Assembly (NCBI GenBank): GCA_905198865.1
Contig: CAJKEB010000004.1
Location: 2,117 to 66,116, forward strand
Direction: 5' to 3'
Length of the DNA: 64,000 nucleotides
Source: an uncultured Eubacteriales bacterium
Lineage (GTDB): Bacteria > Bacillota > Clostridia > Monoglobales > Monoglobaceae
Shown piece by piece: positions 20,194 to 29,387 of this stretch. The notes below the pieces were generated by a model. The model was not told where the DNA came from and did no database searches. It saw only the letters and a list, made by a program, of their open reading frames with translations. Every line of letters begins with the position of its first letter. Positions within the stretch are counted from its first letter, which is position 1. The position numbers and the translations under genes were made by a program.

Positions 20194-21504
20194 ATGTGGT
20201 ATGACGAAAGTGTAATTTATCAAATATATCCTTTGGGATTTTGCGGAGCTCCGGCTGAAAATGACGGTATTACTGTAACCCGGATTGATAAAGTGAGAGA
20301 TTGGATTCCGCATATTAAAGAAGTTGGTTGCAACGCTATATATTTTTCGCCTGTTTTTGAATCTGACAAGCACGGATATGATACGCGCGATTATAGAAAA
20401 ATCGACTGTCGTCTTGGTACAAACAATGATTTCAAAAGGGTTTGCGATGAGCTTCACGAAAATGGTATTAAAGTAATTCTTGACGGTGTATTTAATCATG
20501 TCGGCAGAGGATTTTGGGCATTTAAAGATGTGCTTGAGAAAAAATGGGATTCGGAATATAAGGATTGGTTTCATATCAATTTTGACGGAAACAGTAATTA
20601 CAATGACGGTTTTTGGTACGAAGGCTGGGAAGGACATTTTGAGCTTGTTAAACTGAATCTTTACAACCCGAATGTTGTAAGCTATTTGTTTGACTGTATT
20701 GATTACTGGATAGATGAATTTGGGATCGACGGACTGAGATTGGATGTTGCATATTGCCTTTCGCAAGACTTTTTAAAACAGCTTCGCTATCACTGTGACA
20801 GTAAAAAGATGGATTTTCTGTTGTTGGGCGAACTTCTGCACGGTGACTATAACCTGTTCGTTTCGGACGACAAACTAAACAGCTGTACTAACTATGAGTG
20901 TTATAAAGGATTATATTCAAGCTTTAACTCTGAAAATATGTTTGAGATTACCCATTCGTTAATCAGACAGTTCGGCTCTGAGCCATGGTGCTTATATACT
21001 GGCAAGAATCTCATGTGCTTTGTCGACAATCATGATGTAACCCGTATTGCAAGCATGCTTACAAATAAAAAGCATATTCCTCTTATATACGGTCTGCTGT
21101 TTGGTATGCCCGGAATTCCATGTATTTATTACGGAAGTGAATGGGGGGCAGAGGGACTTAAGCAAAACGGTGACAATACTTTGAGAGCTTGTTTTGATGA
21201 ACCTATCTGTAATGACTTGACAGAGCTTATTTCAAGAATGGCTGAAGCACACAAAAATTCAAGAGCATTATGCCATGGCGATTTTAAATCTGTTGTTTTG
21301 ACAAATAAGCAGGTAATATTCCAGCGTCAATTTGAGGACGACAGAATTATGGTCGCAGTCAATATCGACTCGGAACCGTATGTTGCACATTTTGATGCAG
21401 GCTGCGGTCTGGCAGTTGATTTGATTTCGGGAAATCAGCACGATTTCGGCGGAGGCAGTGAGCTTCCTCCATACAGTGTTCAATACTGGAAGATGGAACG
21501 CTGA
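20194..21504 (+). CDS. GH13 alpha-amylase family (cyclomaltodextrinase / maltodextrin glucosidase-like)
   Basis: HGYDT.DY, DGVFNH, GLRLDVA, GELLH, FVDNHD; start ATG 20194 after GGGAGG. Confidence 0.9.
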   Translation: MWYDESVIYQIYPLGFCGAPAENDGITVTRIDKVRDWIPHIKEVGCNAIYFSPVFESDKHGYDTRDYRKIDCRLGTNNDFKRVCDELHENGIKVILDGVFNHVGRGFWAFKDVLEKKWDSEYKDWFHINFDGNSNYNDGFWYEGWEGHFELVKLNLYNPNVVSYLFDCIDYWIDEFGIDGLRLDVAYCLSQDFLKQLRYHCDSKKMDFLLLGELLHGDYNLFVSDDKLNSCTNYECYKGLYSSFNSENMFEITHSLIRQFGSEPWCLYTGKNLMCFVDNHDVTRIASMLTNKKHIPLIYGLLFGMPGIPCIYYGSEWGAEGLKQNGDNTLRACFDEPICNDLTELISRMAEAHKNSRALCHGDFKSVVLTNKQVIFQRQFEDDRIMVAVNIDSEPYVAHFDAGCGLAVDLISGNQHDFGGGSELPPYSVQYWKMER

Positions 21505-21505
21505 T

Positions 21506-21544
21506 AAATAAAACGGACAGGGGATAGCCTCTGTCCGTTTATTT
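21506..21544. terminator. Bidirectional terminator
   Basis: AAACGGACAGGGG-4-CCTCTGTCCGTTT between convergent genes. Confidence 0.8.
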
Positions 21545-21554
21545 CAATACAGAA

Positions 21555-22205
21555 TTATAAGTTATGACATTCCTCAGGGATGCCGATATCGACGCAAACT
21601 ACTCGGCCGCAGTACAAGAAAGTATCTGATGATATGTGAGCATTTTTCATGCTGTCAATTGCTACTGTATAGTCCGCCTTGAACGTTCCGTCTGCTACCG
21701 TGCAGCTGTCAGCGTTAATTCCGCTGGGAATATCTATGGCATACTTGACGGCGTCGCTTCCGTTAATAATATCAAACAGTTCTTTAATCTGCGGCTTCAG
21801 TTTGCCGTGAAATCCGGTTCCGTAAACCGCATCGACAATAATATCGCTGCCTAAAATCAAGGATTTACTCATAGATGAATCGAATTCAATTACTTCAATG
21901 CCTTCGCTTAGTGCAATATCAAAATTCTTTTTGGCGTCAGCGGTGACAGGAGAACCATCAGCCAATAAAATAAGCGGATGACCTCCGAATTCTTTTATCC
22001 TTTTTGCAGCAACAAATCCATCTCCGCCGTTATTCCCCTTTCCGGCACAAATAAGCACTATTTTTGTTTCAAAATCTTTCGTATTATTAAATATGATTTT
22101 TGCAGCTTCAGTGCCGGCGTTTTCCATCATTTGAAAGTAACTAAGACCGGACTTATCGGCTCTTCTTTCAATTTCTTTCATTTCATTAATTGTAACAATT
22201 CTCAT
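21555..22205 (-). CDS. nnrE: NAD(P)HX epimerase (stand-alone YjeF_N domain)
   Basis: MMENAG, GKGNNGGDG, DAVYGTG, DIPSG, VDIGIP; no dehydratase domain. Confidence 0.88.
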   Translation of the reverse strand: MRIVTINEMKEIERRADKSGLSYFQMMENAGTEAAKIIFNNTKDFETKIVLICAGKGNNGGDGFVAAKRIKEFGGHPLILLADGSPVTADAKKNFDIALSEGIEVIEFDSSMSKSLILGSDIIVDAVYGTGFHGKLKPQIKELFDIINGSDAVKYAIDIPSGINADSCTVADGTFKADYTVAIDSMKNAHISSDTFLYCGRVVCVDIGIPEECHNL

Positions 22206-22234
22206 AATACCTGCCCCTTTTTTGAACCGTTGAG

Positions 22235-23500
22235 CTATTCAAAACAAATTGAATTAAAATATTCCGCCTCAGAGACTTCGAGGCAATCTTTGTTGTTTGT
22301 ATATAACAAAGCCAGAATATCATTCTTTTCCACAAATTCGCCGGTTTTCTTTTTAACAATAATGCCGGCTGAATAGTCGATATTATCGTTAAGCTTACGC
22401 CGTCCGGCGCCGAGCTCGCAAGCTGTCATACCGATTTGCTCAGTATTCATAGAACAAATCCTGCCGGACATCTTAGATTTGACTTCTTTAATATATCTTG
22501 GCTTTTTAAATAAACCGGTATCATCTATAAAGTTTATATTACCGCCCTGCGACTCAATAATCTGACGGAGCTTATTGAGCGCAGCACCGGAGCAGATACT
22601 GTCTTTTGCCATTTCAGCACATTTATCATACGGCTGTCCGATGGATATTTCAAGCATGGATGCCGAAATATCGATACACAGGTCATAAAAATCTTTCGGT
22701 CCGTGCCCTTTAAGGGTTTGAATTGCTTCAATAACTTCAAGCGAATTACCGACCGCTTCACCCAAGGGTACATTCATATCAGTGATTAATGCTTTCATTT
22801 TCTTACCGTTATGCTGTCCGATACTTATCATTAAATCGGCAAGATGCTGTGCCTGTTCTTTTGTTTTCATAAAAGCGCCGCTGCCGTATTTTACATCAAG
22901 AACAACGGCGTCAGCGCCGGAAGCCAGTTTTTTACTCATAATACTTGAGGCAATCAAAGGCAAGCAGTCAACCGTACCGGTTACATCTCTTAACGCATAT
23001 ATCTTTTTATCGGCAGGCGCAAGATTTTTTGTCTGAGAAACAATCGCTGCACCGTTAGAATTAACCAGATCAATAAATTCTTCAAAAGGTAATGCTGTAT
23101 TGAACCCTTCTATTGATTCAAGTTTATCTATGGTACCGCCTGTGTGTCCAAGACCGCGGCCGGACATTTTTGCAACCATTCCGCCGCATGCAGCTACTAT
23201 AGGAACAACTGCGAGCGTTGTTTTGTCGCCTACGCCTCCGGTCGAATGTTTATCAACAACTATGCCGTCTATTCCGGATAAGTCGAGTATGTCGCCGGAC
23301 TCAGCCATGCACTTTGTCATATATCCCGTCTGATAATCATTAAAACCCGTAAAACACAAAGCCATCAAAAATGCCGACATCTGGTAATCGGGAATATTAC
23401 CGTTTGTGTATCCGTATATCACAAATTTAATCTCATCATTCGACAGCGCTTCACCGTTTTTCTGCTTGCTTATAATCTCAATCATATTCATATAAGTCAT
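22235..23500 (-). CDS. pdp: Pyrimidine-nucleoside phosphorylase
   Basis: DKHSTGGVGDK, KMSGRGLGHTGGTIDKLESI, YALRDVT, SIMSKKLA. Confidence 0.94.
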   Translation of the reverse strand: MTYMNMIEIISKQKNGEALSNDEIKFVIYGYTNGNIPDYQMSAFLMALCFTGFNDYQTGYMTKCMAESGDILDLSGIDGIVVDKHSTGGVGDKTTLAVVPIVAACGGMVAKMSGRGLGHTGGTIDKLESIEGFNTALPFEEFIDLVNSNGAAIVSQTKNLAPADKKIYALRDVTGTVDCLPLIASSIMSKKLASGADAVVLDVKYGSGAFMKTKEQAQHLADLMISIGQHNGKKMKALITDMNVPLGEAVGNSLEVIEAIQTLKGHGPKDFYDLCIDISASMLEISIGQPYDKCAEMAKDSICSGAALNKLRQIIESQGGNINFIDDTGLFKKPRYIKEVKSKMSGRICSMNTEQIGMTACELGAGRRKLNDNIDYSAGIIVKKKTGEFVEKNDILALLYTNNKDCLEVSEAEYFNSICFE

Positions 23501-23537
23501 CTCACTATTTCAAAAATAAAGATATCGCGTTGATTTT

Positions 23538-24269
23538 TTACTCTTCAACCTCAATACTCGAAAGCTTTAATATTGCTCTTGGCAATGCGTCTTTTGAGTT
23601 TTTCCACGGTTCATCCTTAAACCTATAATCAAATTTTTGAATGAACCAGTCCACATCCTCCTGAAGCTTATCAAGGTTTTTCATCTGAACTTCGGATACA
23701 GATTTTAAAAAGTCGGTATACTTGTCACCTGATAAACGCTTTTTTGCTTCATCAATCAGCATTTTGAAATGTGAAATACAGAATCCTTTTGAACTTAAGA
23801 TTTTATTCTTAAACTCGTTCTCTCTTTTCCAAAGATAGAAAAATGTGTCAACATAGCTGTCCATTCGCGACTTCATTCTTTTGCATGCATAGCACGAATT
23901 TTCAATGTTGTCCAGATAATCAACGGATTTGGGAGTGTCTGAAGGTTTCTTAAACAATCCTTTCTTTCCGCTGCTTTCCGCTTCATCAGCCTTGAGCAAA
24001 GTCTCAAGCTCAGCGCGCAGATTTTTCAAATGGGTATCAATCATTAAGGCGACGCCGAGTCTGTTTTGTGCCTCGTGCATCTGTCTGTAATGCTCGCGGC
24101 AAAATCCGATTTTATCTGTTTCGCCTCTTATATCTTCTTCCATGTATGACGGTCCGAGGATATAATTCAAAATATCATTTTCAAGTTTTTTGTTTAAAGT
24201 ACAAAACAAACATTCGCCGTCTTTTTCAATAGCTTCATTTACGGGAATGGTATACAATTCTTCTTTCAT
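23538..24269 (-). CDS. Conserved hypothetical protein (DUF6062-like, two CxxC / FCxxH repeats)
   Basis: YTIPVNEA..ECLFC, GFCREH, CYAC, GFCISH, KFDYR. Confidence 0.65.
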   Translation of the reverse strand: MKEELYTIPVNEAIEKDGECLFCTLNKKLENDILNYILGPSYMEEDIRGETDKIGFCREHYRQMHEAQNRLGVALMIDTHLKNLRAELETLLKADEAESSGKKGLFKKPSDTPKSVDYLDNIENSCYACKRMKSRMDSYVDTFFYLWKRENEFKNKILSSKGFCISHFKMLIDEAKKRLSGDKYTDFLKSVSEVQMKNLDKLQEDVDWFIQKFDYRFKDEPWKNSKDALPRAILKLSSIEVEE

Positions 24270-24305
24270 AATCGCTTATCACTTCTTTGCTGTAAATTAT
24301 TATTG

Positions 24306-24872
24306 CTAAAAATTAATTATTCCTAAACCGTTAAGAAGAATTTTAACGCCTATTAATATAAGTATAATTCCTCCGGAAACCTCTGCATTTCTTTTAAAGC
24401 GTACTCCGAATTTGTTGCCGATTATAACGCCGACAACTGATAACACAAATGTTATTATACCGATACATATTACTGAAGGCACAATATTAATATCGAGAAA
24501 CGCGAACGAAATTCCTACAGCAAGTGCGTCAATACTGGTCGCAACAGCAAGCATGGTAATTTCCTTTAAATCATATTTGATTTCAGAAGAACTGTCGTCT
24601 TCGTTACCTAATGCTTCGTAAATCATCTTTCCGCCTATGAATACAAGCAATACAAATGCTATCCAATGATCAATACTTGTAATATATGCCTCAAACTGTT
24701 TGCCTGCAATCCAGCCGATTAACGGCATAATCGCCTGAAAAAAACCGAAGAAAAACGCAATGATAAACGCATACTTATAGTCGATTTTTTCAGTCATCTT
24801 AAGTCCTTTGCATACAGAAACAGCAAAAGCATCCATTGCCAAACCAATGGCAATTAATATAATTTCAAACAT
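24306..24872 (-). CDS. mntP: Manganese efflux pump MntP
   Basis: LAMDAFAVS and ATSIDALAVG repeats, DHWIAF. Confidence 0.92.
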   Translation of the reverse strand: MFEIILIAIGLAMDAFAVSVCKGLKMTEKIDYKYAFIIAFFFGFFQAIMPLIGWIAGKQFEAYITSIDHWIAFVLLVFIGGKMIYEALGNEDDSSSEIKYDLKEITMLAVATSIDALAVGISFAFLDINIVPSVICIGIITFVLSVVGVIIGNKFGVRFKRNAEVSGGIILILIGVKILLNGLGIINF

Positions 24873-24904
24873 AACCGTCCTCCCCAATATATTTGCTATT
24901 ATGA

Positions 24905-24933
24905 ATTATAACATGTCATATTAATAATTGCAA
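24905..24933 (-). promoter_or_regulatory. SigA promoter of mntP (short leader)
   Basis: TTGCAA-17-TATAAT with TGn. Confidence 0.6.
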
Positions 24934-25038
24934 TATTTTTCCACGCCTATTTAATTTATTTATTGTCATATTTTATCGTATTATTTTATGCGGAAATCTT
25001 TAATATAAATAGCTTATAAAATTTGTATATATTTACTA

Positions 25039-25070
25039 TTGCCATTTACTGGTAAATAGTGTATTATAAT
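25039..25070 (+). promoter_or_regulatory. SigA-type promoter with an internal palindrome, upstream of a candidate sRNA
   Basis: TTGCCA-17-TATTAT(AAT); ATTTAC-TG-GTAAAT at 25044-25057. Confidence 0.5.
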
Positions 25071-25073
25071 AAC

Positions 25074-25150
25074 TGTAGATTTCATAATATATAGCAGCCT
25101 CCCCGCTGCAGCAAGAGTCGCAGTTATAATACTGCGGCTCTTGCTTTTGG
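25074..25150 (+). ncRNA. Candidate ~75-nt small RNA with a C-rich (anti-SD) loop and a terminator
   Basis: Promoter upstream; GCAGC-CTCCCC-GCTGC hairpin; 15-bp stem AGCAAGAGTCGCAGT/ACTGCGGCTCTTGCT followed by TTT; no ORF on this strand. Confidence 0.45.
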
Positions 25151-25183
25151 TGTTTGCTGTATATAATGCAATACGTATCAAAC

Positions 25184-25212
25184 TTGACAGGATATAAAAA
25201 CAATGTTATAAT
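25184..25212 (+). promoter_or_regulatory. SigA promoter of the SLH-MBL operon
   Basis: TTGACA-17-TATAAT with TGn, perfect consensus. Confidence 0.8.
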
Positions 25213-25272
25213 TTTGGTGCATATAAATAAGCATATTATAATAGCTTAATCTATTTGTAAGGAGAATGAATT

Positions 25273-26829
25273 ATGACAAAAAAAGCATTGTGCAGCGTCT
25301 TATTGGTGTTCACTCTGATATTTGGAATGTCTGCGGCTTATGCATCATCATTTTATGATGTTGATGATGACTTCTGGGCTTCGCCGTATATTGAAAATTT
25401 AACTTCACGCGGAATTATCTCCGGATATGGTGATGGAACCTTTTTGCCTAACGATTATGTACAGAGGTCGGAATATTCAAAGATGCTTGTGAATTCTGCG
25501 GGTATACCGCTCTCGGGCGTGCGAACAAGTCCGTATGCAGATGTAAGCGCCAATGAATGGTACTTTCCGTACGTTAACTCTGTCACAAGATATTTAAACG
25601 GATATCAAAGCTCGACACCCGGTGACGAAAGAATATACTTTAAGCCTCTTGATTATGCGACGCGCGAGGATGTAACAGTTGCGCTCATGAAGGCTATGGG
25701 TTATACTTATGAACAGCTTTTGCAGAAATACACTGATACGCAGTATCTTTTGTCGGATGTTTTCTATGATTATGAATCAATCGCAAGACAGGACAGACCG
25801 TTTATTGCTGAGGCAGTAAACCTTGGTTATATAACCGGAACGCAAAGCGGAACCTTCCAGCCGGCTGATCCGATTACCCGATGTGAGGTTTGTGCGGTAC
25901 TGTGGCGCGCTTTTCCTGAAGAGAATATAGGATTTGTTGATTTCACAGATAATTATAATGATACAACAGATTTTAACGCAAACATAATCGGCAATAACAG
26001 CTTTGAAAATGTAAACACTATTTCTGAAGTGCCAAGCGTCTGTTCGCTTGGCATTTCTGATTTGTATCTGAATGTATTTTACCTTAACGTAGGTCAGGGT
26101 GACTGTGAATTTATTGAACTGCCGGGAGGACAAACTATGTTGATTGACGCTTCAACATATGAGTACGGTCAAGTTATAACTGATTTTATCAAGTCAAGAG
26201 GTCATGAAAGAATAGACTATCTTATCGCTACACATCCGCATGCAGACCATATCGGCGGAATGACAACAATACTTGATAATTTTGATGTCGGAGACATATT
26301 CATGCCCAACGCTTTAACAAACACTAAGACATACGAAAATCTTTTGTCAAAAATTCTTGAAAAAGAAATTCCGGTCACTGAAGCGAAAGCCGGCTTAAAT
26401 ATTTTGTATAACAATATCCTTTCTGTTTCAATGCTTGCACCAAACAGCGAGGACTACAGTGATTTAAACAATTATTCCGCTGTTGTCAGAATAGTATATA
26501 ATGATACATCTTTTCTGTTTATGGGAGATGCAGAAGTAAAATCCGAAAACGAGATCTTAAAGTCGTTCTCAATATCCGACATAAGCTCAAACATAATAAA
26601 GATTGGTCATCACGGCTCCTCAACTTCAACATCAAGTGAGTTTATACAATCTGTTTCACCGCAATATGCGGTTATCTCATGCGGCATAAACAACGAATAC
26701 AGTCATCCTCACGAACAGACTATAAACAGATTATTAAATCTTGGCATAGAAGTATTAAGAACAGACATTAGCGGGACAATTCAGTTTGTAAGCGACGGAA
26801 ATACTATATATAAACAAACTGACAAATAA
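25273..26829 (+). CDS. Secreted protein with 3 SLH domains and a ComEC/Rec2-type metallo-beta-lactamase-fold hydrolase
   Basis: Signal peptide (AAYA); SLH motifs (GIISGYGDGTFLP...RSE, ATRED, FQPADPITRCE); NVGQGD, THPHADHIGG, MGDAE, GHHGS, YSHPH. Confidence 0.85.
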   Translation: MTKKALCSVLLVFTLIFGMSAAYASSFYDVDDDFWASPYIENLTSRGIISGYGDGTFLPNDYVQRSEYSKMLVNSAGIPLSGVRTSPYADVSANEWYFPYVNSVTRYLNGYQSSTPGDERIYFKPLDYATREDVTVALMKAMGYTYEQLLQKYTDTQYLLSDVFYDYESIARQDRPFIAEAVNLGYITGTQSGTFQPADPITRCEVCAVLWRAFPEENIGFVDFTDNYNDTTDFNANIIGNNSFENVNTISEVPSVCSLGISDLYLNVFYLNVGQGDCEFIELPGGQTMLIDASTYEYGQVITDFIKSRGHERIDYLIATHPHADHIGGMTTILDNFDVGDIFMPNALTNTKTYENLLSKILEKEIPVTEAKAGLNILYNNILSVSMLAPNSEDYSDLNNYSAVVRIVYNDTSFLFMGDAEVKSENEILKSFSISDISSNIIKIGHHGSSTSTSSEFIQSVSPQYAVISCGINNEYSHPHEQTINRLLNLGIEVLRTDISGTIQFVSDGNTIYKQTDK

Positions 26830-26862
26830 AATAATATAAACAAAATCAGAAGGTGTTAACAA

Positions 26863-27111
26863 ATGAAAGTGATTATAGACAGATTTGAAAACGGATATGC
26901 AGTAGTTGAATTGAACAACGGGAAAGAGTTTTTTAACCTACCGCAGGAACTGGTTCCGAATGAAGCAAAGGAAGGCGATGTGCTTAATGCTGTTCTTGAT
27001 AACGACGGCAATATTATCGGAACAAGTATTGACCTCAAAGAAACACAAGCACGCGAATCACGTATAAAAAGTCTTATGTCCCAGATTTTTAAGAATAAAA
27101 CACAAGAATAG
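26863..27111 (+). CDS. DUF3006 family protein
   Basis: IIDRFENGYAVVE...EAKEGDVL; typical neighbour of ComEC-like MBL genes. Confidence 0.8.
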   Translation: MKVIIDRFENGYAVVELNNGKEFFNLPQELVPNEAKEGDVLNAVLDNDGNIIGTSIDLKETQARESRIKSLMSQIFKNKTQE

Positions 27112-27148
27112 CATGTATATGTATTGAAAAACAAGAAATACTAAATCC

Positions 27149-27559
27149 ATGATTTTGAGATATATTATTTATGGATTAATTGGTATGAATATGGAAATAT
27201 TTTGGACGGGTCTGTCGGGTATACGATATAACTCCAGAAACCTGATTGGGCATACATCGGTATGGATGTTTTTCGTTTACGGACTTGCGGTTATTGTTCT
27301 CGAACCGGTGCATAATCTCATTTCGGATCAGAACTGGTTTTTTCGCGGCTGCGTTTATACCATGCTTATATTCGGAATTGAGTTTTCCACAGGGTATATA
27401 CTCAGAATTTTTGGCATAGAGGCGTGGAATTACACTACTCCATTATCCTTTCAGGGGCTTATACGCTTGGATTATGCACCGGCTTGGTTTATCGTAGGAC
27501 TGATTTTTGAACAGCTTCACAATTTCCTGATAAAATACAATATTGGCAGTTTTAAATGA
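27149..27559 (+). CDS. Small membrane protein (CmpB/TMEM229-like putative ABC permease)
   Basis: YG..G..MEIFWTG, WMF.VYG, EF.TG, WNY, IRLDYAPAWF. Confidence 0.7.
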   Translation: MILRYIIYGLIGMNMEIFWTGLSGIRYNSRNLIGHTSVWMFFVYGLAVIVLEPVHNLISDQNWFFRGCVYTMLIFGIEFSTGYILRIFGIEAWNYTTPLSFQGLIRLDYAPAWFIVGLIFEQLHNFLIKYNIGSFK

Positions 27560-28342
27560 CTATCCGTTTATCATTCGGTTCATATCGCGTCTGAGGCGTC
27601 CGATAATTCTTTTTTCAAGTCTTGAAATATACGACTGAGAAATACCAAGCATGTCTGCTACCTCTTTTTGGGTTTTCTCCTCACCTGTATTGTTAATTCC
27701 AAATCTCAGTTCAACAATATTGCGCTCACGTCCCGATAACTTATTCATTGCTATTTTCAGCAGCTTTTTATCTGTTTCCTCTTCAAGATTTTTCTGTGTA
27801 ATGTCTCCGTCTGTTCCCAATATATCCGAAAGCAGTAGTTCATTTCCGTCCCAGTCAACGTTAAGTGGCTCATCAATCGAAACTTCGTTTTTGCCGTTTC
27901 CGTTCTTTCTTAAATACATAAGTATCTCATTTTCTATACATCTTGAGGCATATGTTGCGAGCTTGATATTCTTTTCGGGTTTGAATGTATTGATTGCTTT
28001 AATCAGTCCTATAGTACCGATAGAGATCAAATCTTCAATACCTACACCTGTACTGTCAAATTTTTTAGCTATATAGACAACAAGTCTCAGATTATGCTCA
28101 GTCAGCTTTCTTCCGGCATTATTTGAATTAGCCGGATTGCTGAGTTCATTTATCCAATATCTTTCCTCTTCTTTTGTGAACGGCGCCGGAAGCGTATCCG
28201 CTCCGCCGATGTAATACGCATTACTTTTTCTTAGCTTTGAATATAGTTTAAGTAAAGCCGTAACAAATTTGTCAAATAAATTATTAATCTTATGTATAAT
28301 GCCGTTTTCACCGCAGAAATTCTTTTTTAACTTTCGTATCAT
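27560..28342 (-). CDS. sigE: Pro-sigma-E (internal start inside the fused ORF)
   Basis: [79 protein letters not shown] at 28353-28359 before ATG 28342. Confidence 0.93.
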   Translation of the reverse strand: MIRKLKKNFCGENGIIHKINNLFDKFVTALLKLYSKLRKSNAYYIGGADTLPAPFTKEEERYWINELSNPANSNNAGRKLTEHNLRLVVYIAKKFDSTGVGIEDLISIGTIGLIKAINTFKPEKNIKLATYASRCIENEILMYLRKNGNGKNEVSIDEPLNVDWDGNELLLSDILGTDGDITQKNLEEETDKKLLKIAMNKLSGRERNIVELRFGINNTGEEKTQKEVADMLGISQSYISRLEKRIIGRLRRDMNRMING

Positions 28343-29242
28343 CTTTATCGCTCTCCTCCAAAAATTTATTTTTGCTATTTTTTCTTTAAATACATCCGGA
28401 TTTGCAACCCCGTTATACAGTCCGTCACTCGAAAACACTTTATTTACAAACCCGACATAACATCTTTTTGCGTCAGCCTGTACATCGGCAAAACGAATAT
28501 TGACATCATCCGGTTTATACAGGCGTATCGGTTCATGATTATCATCGGATATAGTTGATGCAGTGACATATCTGTTAGATTTTTTGTCTGTGTCAGGAAA
28601 CGGACTTATTGTTGAATTATTTATACTATTTTCGCTGCCAATCAAAATGACGGGTTTCCCCGATAAAGGTTCGACAAGCTCGCAGCCTGTATCGCACAGG
28701 ATTTTTGAGCAAAACGCTCTGCCGTCTATAATAATTTCGGCATCATATATTATCCTTTTACGGCTCATGTTTCTGTCGGCAATTTTAATATATAAAAACG
28801 CCGACAAATATGATAATGCAGAAGTGAACAGCAGCGTCTTAATGTTAATATCGGCATACGGAACACCATTTGAAAAAAGCCAGTCAGCCGCTTTGACTCC
28901 GTCCATAATTCTCCATGATGAATAGATATAAATAAATCCAAAAAAAATAAGCGATGTGATTACAAATGCCGCGACAGCTTTTACTAAATCAATAGGCTTA
29001 TATTTTTTAAAGTATACCATCACAAACAGAACAGTAAATATAATGCGTCCGCTCACAGTGTACAAAATATGTACAGCAGGGAAAAACATTAATACGGAAT
29101 ACATAGCAGATATTATGCTGCCAACCGCAATTCTTATAATTGACGCTCTGAATCTTAACATAAAGCCTGTGCAGATTATAAGCAAAGAGTTTATAATAAA
29201 ATTCACAAAGAACAGAACATCTATGTAAACCGTAAATGTCAT
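27560..29242 (-). CDS. spoIIGA: SpoIIGA aspartic protease read in frame into pro-SigE (single ORF)
   Basis: [15 protein letters not shown]-terminus, TM helices, DTG motif ([16 protein letters not shown]); no stop before sigE; ATG 29242 after AAGGTGA. Confidence 0.8.
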   Translation of the reverse strand: MTFTVYIDVLFFVNFIINSLLIICTGFMLRFRASIIRIAVGSIISAMYSVLMFFPAVHILYTVSGRIIFTVLFVMVYFKKYKPIDLVKAVAAFVITSLIFFGFIYIYSSWRIMDGVKAADWLFSNGVPYADINIKTLLFTSALSYLSAFLYIKIADRNMSRKRIIYDAEIIIDGRAFCSKILCDTGCELVEPLSGKPVILIGSENSINNSTISPFPDTDKKSNRYVTASTISDDNHEPIRLYKPDDVNIRFADVQADAKRCYVGFVNKVFSSDGLYNGVANPDVFKEKIAKINFWRRAIKMIRKLKKNFCGENGIIHKINNLFDKFVTALLKLYSKLRKSNAYYIGGADTLPAPFTKEEERYWINELSNPANSNNAGRKLTEHNLRLVVYIAKKFDSTGVGIEDLISIGTIGLIKAINTFKPEKNIKLATYASRCIENEILMYLRKNGNGKNEVSIDEPLNVDWDGNELLLSDILGTDGDITQKNLEEETDKKLLKIAMNKLSGRERNIVELRFGINNTGEEKTQKEVADMLGISQSYISRLEKRIIGRLRRDMNRMING

Positions 29243-29258
29243 ATGTATCACCTTAAAC

Positions 29259-29292
29259 ATTATAAAACAATCATGCTGAAAAACACGTCGAA
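29259..29292 (-). promoter_or_regulatory. spoIIG-type Spo0A-activated SigA promoter
   Basis: TATAAT at 29259-29264, 22 bp from a 0A-box-like CGTCGAA (29286-29292; consensus TGNCGAA); matches the long-spacer architecture of the B. subtilis spoIIG promoter. Confidence 0.55.
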
Positions 29293-29321
29293 TTACTTAT
29301 TTAATAACAAATTGAATGCAC

Positions 29322-29355
29322 AAAAAAAGACCGAAAACGCAATGCGAATTCGGTC
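29322..29355 (-). terminator. Intrinsic terminator of the ECF S-component gene
   Basis: GACCGAA...TTCGGTC stem plus T7 on the minus strand. Confidence 0.7.
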
Positions 29356-29387
29356 AAAATTATTTTGCAATTAATTAGCTCAATTTT

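Noticed and set aside
25014..25085. 23-aa minus-strand ORF as a type I toxin
   Set aside because: No continuous hydrophobic helix, long SD spacing (12 nt) and no convincing promoter. Mentioned only as an alternative reading of the sRNA locus.
24890..25270. yybP-ykoY riboswitch upstream of mntP
   Set aside because: I could not find the conserved motif, and the hairpins pair better on the plus strand.
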